Assembly (NCBI GenBank): GCA_964406475.1
Contig: CAYORS010000002.1
Location: 1,598-65,597 of the forward strand
Direction of reading: 5' to 3'
Length of the DNA: 64,000 nt
Source of the DNA: an uncultured Candidatus Saccharibacteria bacterium
GTDB taxonomy: Bacteria > Patescibacteriota > Minisyncoccia > Phycocordibacterales > CAIRYW01
Below are positions 48,293-58,723 of the stretch, piece after piece; position 1 is the first letter of the stretch; the number at the start of each line of letters is the position of its first letter. The notes beneath the pieces were generated by a model that saw nothing but the letters and a program-made list of their open reading frames with translations, was not told the origin of the DNA and did no database searches. Both the position numbers and the translations under genes were made by a program.

Positions 48293-49708
48293 ATGCATCA
48301 AAATAATTCACCATGGCTGTACCAGCTTCATCGTACTCGTGAAGTCGATATTATAGTGACTGATATGAATACTCAGATTGTGATAGTGGGGGGTGGGATT
48401 TCTGGTGTGATGACTGCTTACTTTCTTCTAAAAAATACACACAAACAAGTCACTCTCATCGAAGGGAATAAAGTTGCTCACGGTGCAACAGGACACAATG
48501 CAGGACAGCTTGTGGCAGAATTTGAGCGTCCTTTTACTGATATTGTACGAGAGTATGGTCTCGAAAAAGCTAATGATGCTGAAGAGTCTGTCAATTCTGC
48601 CTGGATTCTTCTTGAAGAGATTTTTAAGGATGCTAAAATCGAAACACCGGTTTCTACTTTTGTTGGTTATAATGGATATAAATACAAAGATCATATTATT
48701 GATCAATTAAAAGCAGTGTCACTGCGTAAATATGGAGAACGGAATATTTCACCTCTTTTCATTGCTTCAGAATGGATAGAAAATAATCCTCTCCCACAAG
48801 AATTTGATGGTTTGTACGAAGTTGTGCCTCAGGCAAACATTCTTTCTTTGCTTGAGACAGAAGATTCTGATTATGTGGCCGCAACATCACTAAAGAAAGG
48901 ATGCACCAACAGTGCACTTCTTACAGAAGAGCTTGCTGGGTATCTTTTGTCTCAATATAAGGGTCGTTTTACACTTCTCGAGCATTCTTCTGTTGCTATG
49001 GTCACACTCGGTCAAGGTGATATTAATCTTTCCGTTGTTACTAATCGTAAAGATGGTAATCCAGAAGATACATATACAGTTCATTGTGAAAAAGTGATCT
49101 TGTGTACAAATGGTTTTGAAAGAATACAAATCAAAAACAATGCTGGGGACGATATAGATGCTAAATTTCATCATATGGTAAATGGTGATATAGGATATAT
49201 GGCTGCGTATACTGAAGAACTCAAAAATCCCCCAACAGCGCTTGGGTATTATGATCAAGGGGAAGAAATGCAAGGTGTGAACGTAAATGCGTACACAGAC
49301 ACTCCTTATGTATACAAAACCCGTCGTCCATATGAAATCGAAAAAAATGAAATCCATAATCTTGTGTGTTTTGGTGGACCAGAACAGCAAATCGAAGAAA
49401 CCCAAGATTATGACCGATATGCCCCTTTTGTTGAAGAAAAAGGTGACATCATTAAAGCATTTATAAAAAAAACCGTTATTGATAAAAAAGATTCCCATTT
49501 AGAATATCGTTTTAAGTGGCACGGTATTATGTGCTACACACCTACCAATCTTCGTGTGATTGGTGAAGAGCCTAAAAACCCACTTTTGCTTTATAATCTA
49601 GGATGTAATGGTGTGGGGATTTTGCCTGCTATTTTTGGAGCTCATAAAATTTCAAGAATAATAAATGGAGAGAAGTTTGAAGAGTCAGTTTTTGATCCTA
49701 AAAAATAG
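48293..49708 (+). CDS. FAD-dependent oxidoreductase (DAO/PuuB-like)
   Basis: VGGGISG, GATGHNAG, LGCNGVG. Confidence 0.85.
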   Translation: MHQNNSPWLYQLHRTREVDIIVTDMNTQIVIVGGGISGVMTAYFLLKNTHKQVTLIEGNKVAHGATGHNAGQLVAEFERPFTDIVREYGLEKANDAEESVNSAWILLEEIFKDAKIETPVSTFVGYNGYKYKDHIIDQLKAVSLRKYGERNISPLFIASEWIENNPLPQEFDGLYEVVPQANILSLLETEDSDYVAATSLKKGCTNSALLTEELAGYLLSQYKGRFTLLEHSSVAMVTLGQGDINLSVVTNRKDGNPEDTYTVHCEKVILCTNGFERIQIKNNAGDDIDAKFHHMVNGDIGYMAAYTEELKNPPTALGYYDQGEEMQGVNVNAYTDTPYVYKTRRPYEIEKNEIHNLVCFGGPEQQIEETQDYDRYAPFVEEKGDIIKAFIKKTVIDKKDSHLEYRFKWHGIMCYTPTNLRVIGEEPKNPLLLYNLGCNGVGILPAIFGAHKISRIINGEKFEESVFDPKK

Positions 49709-49956
49709 TTCAGTATATATGATATAATAAATAAAATTATTATTGTATAAAATAAATTATGGAACAATCAAGCGAACATACTGCATCTTTTAATGAAGAT
49801 ACAGATCAAATGGAGTGTGAAAATGTGAGAAGTGAAAGCCAGACTGGTGACCCTGTCGTGACCCACATTTGACTGCGAATGTAGATGTTGAGGCGGCTCA
49901 AGCAGAAGGGATGAATATTGAAGCGGCAACATCCGAGACTCAAGCAAGTTAAGAAT

Positions 49957-50541
49957 ATGAAAAAGATTGGTGGAGGCTGGCAATATGTAGTCTATGATAT
50001 GGGAAATGATAAGGTCTACAAAAAATACAGAAACAAATTTTCACGTTTCTTGTTTATTTTGTTTCATTCAAAAACATCGATTTTTAAAATGTGGCAAGAA
50101 GTAAAGCGTATGGACACAGAGGTTCAAAACTCTTTTAGGATTATACAAAAAGGAAAGATTCCTTTAGACCTGCTTGCAAATCCTGTTTTACTCGGTGGTT
50201 ATGATTATACTCAAGATTTTTGCATACCTCTTTATGTTGTCTTTCAAAATATATCTACAGAAAAAGGTAAAGATATTATTGATCGTTTTATTGCTTTTTC
50301 ACTTAAGCTGCTTGATTTGGGTGTTATCGATTTGTCATTTCGGATGCCGACAAATTTTGGTTTAACTAAAGATGGTGATGTGGTCCTTCTCGATATTGGG
50401 GAGATTCAAGATGATAGAGAGATTATTATTCAACAGAGAAAAGCGAGATATTGGCAGCTTCCATACATAGACGCAAGTATCAAAGATAAAGAAGTTTGTG
50501 CTTATTATCGAAAACAAATGGATACTTTTTTTGGGCTTTAA
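49957..50541 (+). CDS. Hypothetical protein, possible protein-kinase-like fold
   Basis: IGGG...VY, V.K, NFG, VVLLDIG. Confidence 0.55.
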   Translation: MKKIGGGWQYVVYDMGNDKVYKKYRNKFSRFLFILFHSKTSIFKMWQEVKRMDTEVQNSFRIIQKGKIPLDLLANPVLLGGYDYTQDFCIPLYVVFQNISTEKGKDIIDRFIAFSLKLLDLGVIDLSFRMPTNFGLTKDGDVVLLDIGEIQDDREIIIQQRKARYWQLPYIDASIKDKEVCAYYRKQMDTFFGL

Positions 50542-50570
50542 TTTTGAGACTTTCGTAGTATAATACTTAT

Positions 50571-50930
50571 ATGAATAATGAAAAAATATCTAAATTTATA
50601 GCCTGCGTGGTCGTTGTGTATATTGGTGTGTGGTTGTGGCCTGTGTTTTTTCATCAGAGACTTTTTTATCCCCAAGGATGCGAGTTTAATTGTTTTTATG
50701 GTGGTGCAATACCCACACCGTATTCTTATTCAAAAGACTCCGAGATCTATATTAATTCTGGAATAGAAAAAACAGAAGATGAATACCCAGTTCAAATAAC
50801 TATTGACGGTAGTGCAACTAATTCAGACAACGTCGCCTGCCCAGCTGATGCAAAGCTTTGTGATGACGGATCATCCGTAGGACGCGTAGGTCCTAACTGT
50901 GATTTTGAAGAATGTCCTCAGATACAATAA
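50571..50930 (+). CDS. Hypothetical membrane-anchored protein with C-terminal Cys motif
   Basis: TM helix; ACPADAKLCDDGSSVGRVGPNCDFEECP. Confidence 0.7.
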   Translation: MNNEKISKFIACVVVVYIGVWLWPVFFHQRLFYPQGCEFNCFYGGAIPTPYSYSKDSEIYINSGIEKTEDEYPVQITIDGSATNSDNVACPADAKLCDDGSSVGRVGPNCDFEECPQIQ

Positions 50931-50931
50931 A

Positions 50932-51336
50932 ATGCTCAAAAAAGAAATTTTCAAAGCATACGATATTAGAGGTCTGTATCCCGAAGACATAAATGAAGAG
51001 TCGCTGCTTTCAATCACGAAGGCTCTCATATCTCTCTGGAATCAAGGTGCGATTGTGATCGCGCATGATGGGAGGCATGGGTCTTACGAGCTTGCGTTGT
51101 ATGCAAAGAGGGTTTTGGAAGAGGAAGAAGCTTCTTGTAAGAAATTTGAGGTTGTTTTTGTGGGGCTTGCCACAACCCCGATGTTTTATTTTTTAGTCAA
51201 TCATTTTGATGCGATGGGGGGGATGATGATTACTGCTTCACATAATCCCAAAGAATATAATGGTGTCAAAGCTGTCGGCCCAAAAGCAGTACCTTTTAGT
51301 GGAAAAGATGTTTTAGCTGTTATTGAAAAAAAATGA
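50932..51336 (+). CDS. Phosphomannomutase/phosphoglucomutase, domain I (split gene, part 1)
   Basis: FKAYDIRG, DGR, TTPM, ITASHNP.EYNG.K. Confidence 0.9.
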   Translation: MLKKEIFKAYDIRGLYPEDINEESLLSITKALISLWNQGAIVIAHDGRHGSYELALYAKRVLEEEEASCKKFEVVFVGLATTPMFYFLVNHFDAMGGMMITASHNPKEYNGVKAVGPKAVPFSGKDVLAVIEKK

Positions 51337-52226
51337 ACGAAAACTATACCCAACTCTATATAGATTTTTTGAGAAAGTTTGTTGATGTGAGGAAGTCTCT
51401 CAAGGTAGTCTTTGATGCGTCCAATGGTCCAGCAGGGATTCTAGTAAAAAAAATTTTTGCAAATACTCCTGTAGATGTTTTCGTTATAAACGACGACATC
51501 GATCCTGATTTTAAAGCACATGGTCCCAACCCTCTTTCACCATCTGCATCATCTATGATACAAAAAACAATTCTTGAAGAAAAAGCTTCTCTCGGTGTTA
51601 TGTTCGATGCTGATGCTGATAGAGCTGTTTTTTTTGATGAGGAAGGTGTGATGATGGATGCTTGTTTCTCTTTGTCATTTATGTTTGGCTATCTAAAAAC
51701 ACCAGTGGTTGTAGATGAGCTTGTCTATCAAGCAATTCGTTTTCTTAGGCTCTTGCCAGAAAGTGATCTCGTACCTTCACGGATTGGAGCTTTCTTTTTA
51801 AAAGAAAAGATGCGCGATCAAGGTATTTTTGGGGGTGGTGAATTTTCTGGGCACTATTTTTTTAAAGATTTTTTTAATGCTGATTCTGGTATTTTTGCAA
51901 GTATCTTTTTTTTGAATGCATTATCTAGGTCTCAGACTACTTTGTCTCACTGGAAACAAGAAAAGGGTGAACATACAATTTGTACAGAGGAAATAAAAAT
52001 ACAAAATCTCGATATGGCTTCTTTGCTTAAAACAATTGAGAATAATTATCTTTCAACTGCAAAAGAAGTAAGTAGGAGAGATGGGTTGTCTCTTATTTTT
52101 GATGATTTTTGGTGTAATATTCGAGCTTCAAATACAGAACCTATTCTTCGAATTATCGCAGGAGGTAGACAAGGGGTATGTGATAAGGTAAAAGAAATTA
52201 AAAAACTCATTAACGAACAAAAGTAA
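51333..52226 (+). CDS. Phosphomannomutase/phosphoglucomutase, domains II-IV (split gene, part 2)
   Basis: DASNG, PNP, FDADADR, GEFSGH, RASNTEP. Confidence 0.9.
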   Translation: MNENYTQLYIDFLRKFVDVRKSLKVVFDASNGPAGILVKKIFANTPVDVFVINDDIDPDFKAHGPNPLSPSASSMIQKTILEEKASLGVMFDADADRAVFFDEEGVMMDACFSLSFMFGYLKTPVVVDELVYQAIRFLRLLPESDLVPSRIGAFFLKEKMRDQGIFGGGEFSGHYFFKDFFNADSGIFASIFFLNALSRSQTTLSHWKQEKGEHTICTEEIKIQNLDMASLLKTIENNYLSTAKEVSRRDGLSLIFDDFWCNIRASNTEPILRIIAGGRQGVCDKVKEIKKLINEQK

Positions 52227-52413
52227 TCAGTGTCTTATGTTTTTGTGTCTGTTTTTGTGCTTTAGAAATAGCTCTTTTTTTAAAAAAATATTGATTCAAA
52301 AAAAACTATGTGTTGTGATACTTTTTTTTAGTTTTCCACTGTTTTAATTGGGTTGTTTTTGAGGTAAAATTATTGAACAAACTTTAATTATTATTATTTT
52401 TATTTGAACTTTT

Positions 52414-53682
52414 ATGGCTATAGAACTTGTAATAAAAAGAAATGGATCTATCGTTGAGTTTGATAGAATTCGTATCGAAAAAGCAATCCAAAAAGCATGT
52501 GAAGCATCAGGTGAGAGTGCAACGGTTCAAGATATTTCTAAAATTACAGACAAAGTCATACAAAGTCTTAATGAAAAATTTGGCAACAATACTCCAACTG
52601 TTGAAGGTATTCAAGATATGGTTGAAATATGTCTTATGGAGTCTGATCTTCATGCGACAGCAAAGGCTTATATTCTCTATCGACAAAAAAGAGCAGAACT
52701 TCGAAAAAGAGATATTTTCAAAAAAAGACTTTCTTTAAAGCCCTACGAATATCCAGAGCTTCTCGAGTATGTTGATGGGATTAGACACTCATACTGGCTT
52801 CATACCGAGTTTAATTTTACCTCTGATATTCATGACTATTTGGTCAACACAACGGAATCAGAAAAAAACGCTATCAAAAACGCAATGCTTGCTATCGCAC
52901 AGGTAGAGGTATCGGTAAAAACTTTTTGGGGTGATGTCTACAAAAAAATCCCAAAACCAGAAATAGGTGCAGTCGGCGCCACTTTTGCAGAAAGTGAAGT
53001 AAGACATCAAGACGCATATGCACATTTGCTTGAGATACTTGGTTTTAACCACGAGTTTGAACGAGTCAAAGAAATTCCAGCAATCATAAATAGAATCAAT
53101 TATATTGAAAAAGCGATTTCTAACGCACATTCTGATCATCATAAGGAATACTCTCGCACACTTCTTCTTTTCTCTCTTTTCATTGAACATGTGTCTCTTT
53201 TTTCTCAGTTTCTTATTATCATGTCATTCAATAAGTTTAAAGGGCTCTTTCGCGGAATGTCTAATGTCATTGAGGCAACATCAAAAGAAGAGCAGATTCA
53301 TGGTTTGTTTGGTATTGATCTTATGCGAATTATAAAATCCGAACATCCTGAGTGGTTTACACCAGAATACGAGCAATCTGTTTTGGATTTGTCACAAGAG
53401 GCCTATGATGCAGAAATGAGTATACTTGATTGGATTTTTGAGAAAGGGGAACTTGAATTTTTGCCTAAAAAAACAGTTCAAGAGTTTATTAAGAACAGAT
53501 TTAATAATTCTTTGTCTGCGATTGGCTTTCGAAAGCTTTTTGATGTCGATCATAGTATCCTCGAAGAGACAGAATGGTTTGATGATGAGATAATGACCAC
53601 AAAGCATTTAGATTTTTTTGTAAAACGATCTGTCAATTACAATAAAAGAGTTGAAAGTATCACAGGAGACGATTTGTTTTAA
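52414..53682 (+). CDS. nrdB: Ribonucleotide reductase beta subunit with N-terminal ATP-cone
   Basis: VIKRNG.IVEFD..RI..AI, VE.IQDMVE..L, AKAYILYR (ATP-cone); QVEVSVKTFW, EVRH...Y, IEHVSLFSQF, EEQIH. Confidence 0.93.
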   Translation: MAIELVIKRNGSIVEFDRIRIEKAIQKACEASGESATVQDISKITDKVIQSLNEKFGNNTPTVEGIQDMVEICLMESDLHATAKAYILYRQKRAELRKRDIFKKRLSLKPYEYPELLEYVDGIRHSYWLHTEFNFTSDIHDYLVNTTESEKNAIKNAMLAIAQVEVSVKTFWGDVYKKIPKPEIGAVGATFAESEVRHQDAYAHLLEILGFNHEFERVKEIPAIINRINYIEKAISNAHSDHHKEYSRTLLLFSLFIEHVSLFSQFLIIMSFNKFKGLFRGMSNVIEATSKEEQIHGLFGIDLMRIIKSEHPEWFTPEYEQSVLDLSQEAYDAEMSILDWIFEKGELEFLPKKTVQEFIKNRFNNSLSAIGFRKLFDVDHSILEETEWFDDEIMTTKHLDFFVKRSVNYNKRVESITGDDLF

Positions 53683-53711
53683 TTAATCATCATTTAAAAT
53701 CCACATCAATT

Positions 53712-55385
53712 ATGTACTGGCTTAATGAAAATAGTAGAAAATTTCTAGCAAAAGATTATATCAATGACGGGTCAAGTGCTGAGGATCGAATCCGTGCTAT
53801 TGCAGAACATGCGGAGAAGATTTTGGGCATAAAGGGGTATGCTGATAAGTTTTATGGATATATGGAAAAGGGATATTATTCACTTTCGACCCCTGTATGG
53901 GTTAATTTTGGTGTCAAAAAGGGTCTTCCAATTAGCTGTTTTGGATCATATCTTGGCGATACCATGGGGGATATTTTGTTTACAAACGCAGAGGTAGGAA
54001 TGATGAGTAAGATGGGAGGAGGAACATCTGCATATTTCGGTGGACTTCGACCTCGTGGAGCCGCGATAACAAACAACGGATACTCGTCAGGACCTGTTCA
54101 CTTTATGCAGCTTTTTGATGTGATGACTGATGTGGTATCGCAAGGATCTACTCGTCGTGGGCATTTGGCGGCATATCTTCCTGTTGAACATCCAGACATT
54201 GAAGAATTTTTGGATATTGGTACAGAAGGCAATAAGATCCAAGGACTCAACAATGCTGTGACAGTTACAAATAAATGGATGGAAGATATGATTGCAGGAG
54301 ATGAGAAGAAGCGACATATTTGGGCAAAAATTATCAAAAGAAGAACAGAGATCGGGTATCCTTACATTCTTTTTTCTGACAATGTCAACAACAATAAACC
54401 TCAAGTTTATAAAGATAAAAAACTAGATATTTATGCAAGTAATCTTTGTAGTGAGATAGCGCTTCCTTCAAATGAAGATTGGTCTTTTGTGTGCTGTTTG
54501 TCTTCTATCAATGCTCTTCATTATGAAGAATGGAAAGACACCGATGCTGTAGAGACTCTTACTTATTTTCTTGATGCTGTAATGAGTGAGTTCATCGAAA
54601 AGCTTGAATGGCGTAAAGATCATCCAGACAAAGACAAAAGACAAGAATTTCTTTTTATGGAAAAAGCATATAATTTTGCAAAACAAAACCGTGCACTTGG
54701 GCTTGGGGTACTGGGATGGCATTCATTATTGCAAAGTAAGATGCTTGCTTTTGATTCTCAAGAAGCAATGACTCTTAATGTCAAAATTTTTAAGCTCATA
54801 CAAGAAAAAACATACAAGGCATCAAAAGAAATGGCAGAAAAGTACGGTGAACCAGAAGTGCTTAAGGGTTATGGTATGCGTAATACTACCACTATGTCTG
54901 TTGCACCGAACACATCTTCTGCATTTATTTTAGGACAAGTATCACAAGGAGTGGAGCCTATCTGGTCTAATTGTTATGTAAAGGATATTGAAAAAATGAA
55001 AGTAACAATCAAAAATCCATTTCTTGAAAAGTTGCTCGAAAGTAAAGGTCAAAACACAAAAGAAGTGTGGCAATCTGTTCGAGATATGAATGGATCTGTA
55101 CAACATCTTGATATTTTGACAGCAGAAGAAAAAGAAGTATTCAAGACCTTTGCAGAGATTGATCAATATTCTGTTATTGATCAAGCGGCTGCAAGGCAGC
55201 TTTATATTGATCAAAGTCAGTCTTTGAATCTTATGATCAATCCGAAGACAGCAACAGCAAAAGATATTAATGCTCTCTATATTGATGCGTGGAAACAAGG
55301 AGTCAAAACTCTGTATTACCAGCATAGTATGAACGCTGCACAAGAACTCAGTCGTAAAAAGGTTTGTATTAGTTGTGAAGCATAA
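53712..55385 (+). CDS. nrdA: Ribonucleotide reductase alpha subunit (short, no ATP-cone)
   Basis: PISCF, SNLCSEI, FVCCLS, APNTSS, KTLYY, C-terminal CISCEA. Confidence 0.95.
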   Translation: MYWLNENSRKFLAKDYINDGSSAEDRIRAIAEHAEKILGIKGYADKFYGYMEKGYYSLSTPVWVNFGVKKGLPISCFGSYLGDTMGDILFTNAEVGMMSKMGGGTSAYFGGLRPRGAAITNNGYSSGPVHFMQLFDVMTDVVSQGSTRRGHLAAYLPVEHPDIEEFLDIGTEGNKIQGLNNAVTVTNKWMEDMIAGDEKKRHIWAKIIKRRTEIGYPYILFSDNVNNNKPQVYKDKKLDIYASNLCSEIALPSNEDWSFVCCLSSINALHYEEWKDTDAVETLTYFLDAVMSEFIEKLEWRKDHPDKDKRQEFLFMEKAYNFAKQNRALGLGVLGWHSLLQSKMLAFDSQEAMTLNVKIFKLIQEKTYKASKEMAEKYGEPEVLKGYGMRNTTTMSVAPNTSSAFILGQVSQGVEPIWSNCYVKDIEKMKVTIKNPFLEKLLESKGQNTKEVWQSVRDMNGSVQHLDILTAEEKEVFKTFAEIDQYSVIDQAAARQLYIDQSQSLNLMINPKTATAKDINALYIDAWKQGVKTLYYQHSMNAAQELSRKKVCISCEA

Positions 55386-55937
55386 TCTTGAACATATTTT
55401 AAAAAACGGAGGAATTGCTGTACTGCCCACAGATACTTTATATGGTATCGTGGGCAGTGCCGTATCTAAAAAAGCAGTTCAAAAGATTTATAAAGTTCGC
55501 AAACGAACCCCAAGTAAGCCTTGTATTATTTTGATTTCGAGTATTACTGATTTGAAAAAGTTTGGTATTAAAAATATCCCACTAAAAGAACTCAGGGAAG
55601 TGTGGCCAGGGAAGGTGTCTGTTATATTGCCTTGTCCATATAAAAAATTTGAATATCTTCATCGCGGTACAAACAAACTCGCGTTTCGACTTCCAGATAG
55701 TGTTTGGCTTTGTACACTTCTCAAAAAGACAGGACCACTTGTAGCACCGAGCGCAAATATTGAGGGTCAAACACCTGCCTATACGATTGAGGAGGCGGAG
55801 AATTACTTTGGAGGTAAGGTAGAGATATTTATGTCGACAAAGGTCGTATCAAGTCCAAGCCATCAACACTTGTGATTATTGTTGAGGGTAATATTGTGGT
55901 CCTCCGTAAAGGTGCAGTCAAGGTTGAGGCGAAGTAG
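55375..55937 (+). pseudogene. tsaC: L-threonylcarbamoyladenylate synthase (TsaC/YrdC) with a frameshift near the 3' end
   Basis: PTDTLYG, WPG, AFRLP, PSAN; the conserved tail YVDKG...KPST...LRKG lies in another frame after 55822-55825. Confidence 0.8.
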
Positions 55938-55988
55938 TTGATTTACTAGAACCTCGTGTATTTATATGCTAGAATAGCCTAAACCAAT

Positions 55989-56690
55989 ATGAAGCAAAAC
56001 AAAAAGCAACTAAAGGCACCAATTATTATCTCAGTAGGAGGTTCACTCATTGTTCCTCTCACCATCGACACAGAATTCCTCAAAAATTTTAAAGCACTCA
56101 TCGAGCGACGTATCAAAAAGGGTGACAGGTTTATTGTTATCTGTGGTGGTGGGCGTCTTGCACGAGACTATCAACATGCTGGTAAGGAAATAACAAAGCT
56201 CAGATCAGTTGATGTTGATTGGCTCGGTATACATTCTACTCGGCTCAATGCTCAGCTCCTAAAGACCGTCCTTATTCCTCGTGCTGTAGAGAGGGTTGTC
56301 AAAAAGCCTGATGAGAAGGTTGACTTCAATAAGCCAGTGCTTGTTGCGAGTGGATGGAAGCCAGGCAGAAGTACAGACTATGTGGCGGTGTGCCTTGCAA
56401 AGAAGTTCAAGGCAAGCAAACTTATCAATCTTTCAAATATTGATTATGTCTACACTGCAGACCCACGCACTAACCCTAATGCAACAAAAATAGAACAAAT
56501 AAACTGGAAAAACTTTAGAAAGATAATCCCAAAAAAGTGGGACCCAGGACTTTCATCACCATTTGATCCAGTGGCAAGTAGGGAAGCAGAAAAGCTAGGT
56601 CTTGAAGTGGCGATCATAAACGGCAAAAAGCTCGAGGAGCTTGATCACTATCTCGCAGGTGAGAAATTTGTGGGTAGCCTGATAATCTAA
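55989..56690 (+). CDS. pyrH: UMP kinase (archaeal-type)
   Basis: SVGGS, GGGRLARDY, GI.STRLNA, PGRSTD, VYTADP, PFDP. Confidence 0.92.
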   Translation: MKQNKKQLKAPIIISVGGSLIVPLTIDTEFLKNFKALIERRIKKGDRFIVICGGGRLARDYQHAGKEITKLRSVDVDWLGIHSTRLNAQLLKTVLIPRAVERVVKKPDEKVDFNKPVLVASGWKPGRSTDYVAVCLAKKFKASKLINLSNIDYVYTADPRTNPNATKIEQINWKNFRKIIPKKWDPGLSSPFDPVASREAEKLGLEVAIINGKKLEELDHYLAGEKFVGSLII

Positions 56691-56815
56691 AACACCTCTC
56701 TCTCGAGCGCTTTTTCCTTTAAATTCTAAAAATAAGGTTCAGATTATTTTCAAGGCTGGTGGGGTGAGTATGGAAAGCTTGATGAGTTAGTTTTTTTGTT
56801 TATACTTATATTTAT

Positions 56816-56923
56816 ATGCAAGTAGAAATACATCACCAGCACTACGGTGCTATCTACCCATCAGTTCTTTTTGACCAGCAAACAGCCAATTCCATGAATT
56901 GGGTTGCATACTACGGTTTCTAG
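56816..56923 (+). CDS. 35-aa sORF with its own promoter and terminator
   Basis: TTGATG-16-TATACT upstream; MQVEIHHQHYGAIYPSVLFDQQTANSMNWVAYYGF; tcagatac...gtatctga hairpin plus T-run. Confidence 0.35.
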   Translation: MQVEIHHQHYGAIYPSVLFDQQTANSMNWVAYYGF

Positions 56924-56965
56924 ACCCAGAGCTCAGATACATTTTGTGGTGTATCTGATTTTTAT

Positions 56966-57187
56966 TTAGTTAACTAGTACCACCACTTTACCTTTTCCTA
57001 TTTCTGCGAAGCCTCCGTTTATCGAGATACTCTCCTTATTGAATTTGATCACTCCTTTTTGTAGTAGTGTGATAATAGGGAGGTGGTTTTTGAGGACTGT
57101 TATCTCACCCTGAGCAGTCGGTAAAGATACTTGAGATACCTCTCCTTCAAATTGTGTTCCATCTAATGAGTATATTTTTAATTCCAT
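56966..57187 (-). CDS. atpC: ATP synthase epsilon subunit (beta-sandwich only)
   Basis: LPT..GEITVL.NH.P, GGFAE; 73 aa. Confidence 0.9.
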   Translation of the reverse strand: MELKIYSLDGTQFEGEVSQVSLPTAQGEITVLKNHLPIITLLQKGVIKFNKESISINGGFAEIGKGKVVVLVN

Positions 57188-57197
57188 ATTTTATATT

Positions 57198-57298
57198 AAT
57201 CAACAATAATCAAACGATATTCAATGAATTAATTCTTAAATCATTTAAATCTTGGTAATTAAAATTGTTTGTATATTGATGCTTGGTAATCGGTTATT
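57198..57298. repeat. AT-rich imperfect palindromic intergenic element, copy 2
   Basis: Begins aatcaacaataatcaa and ends ggttatt, like 2587-2702. Confidence 0.45.
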
Positions 57299-57302
57299 AT
57301 CT

Positions 57303-58709
<1,407 letters not shown>

Positions 58710-58723
58710 TTAATTGTTGTTAA

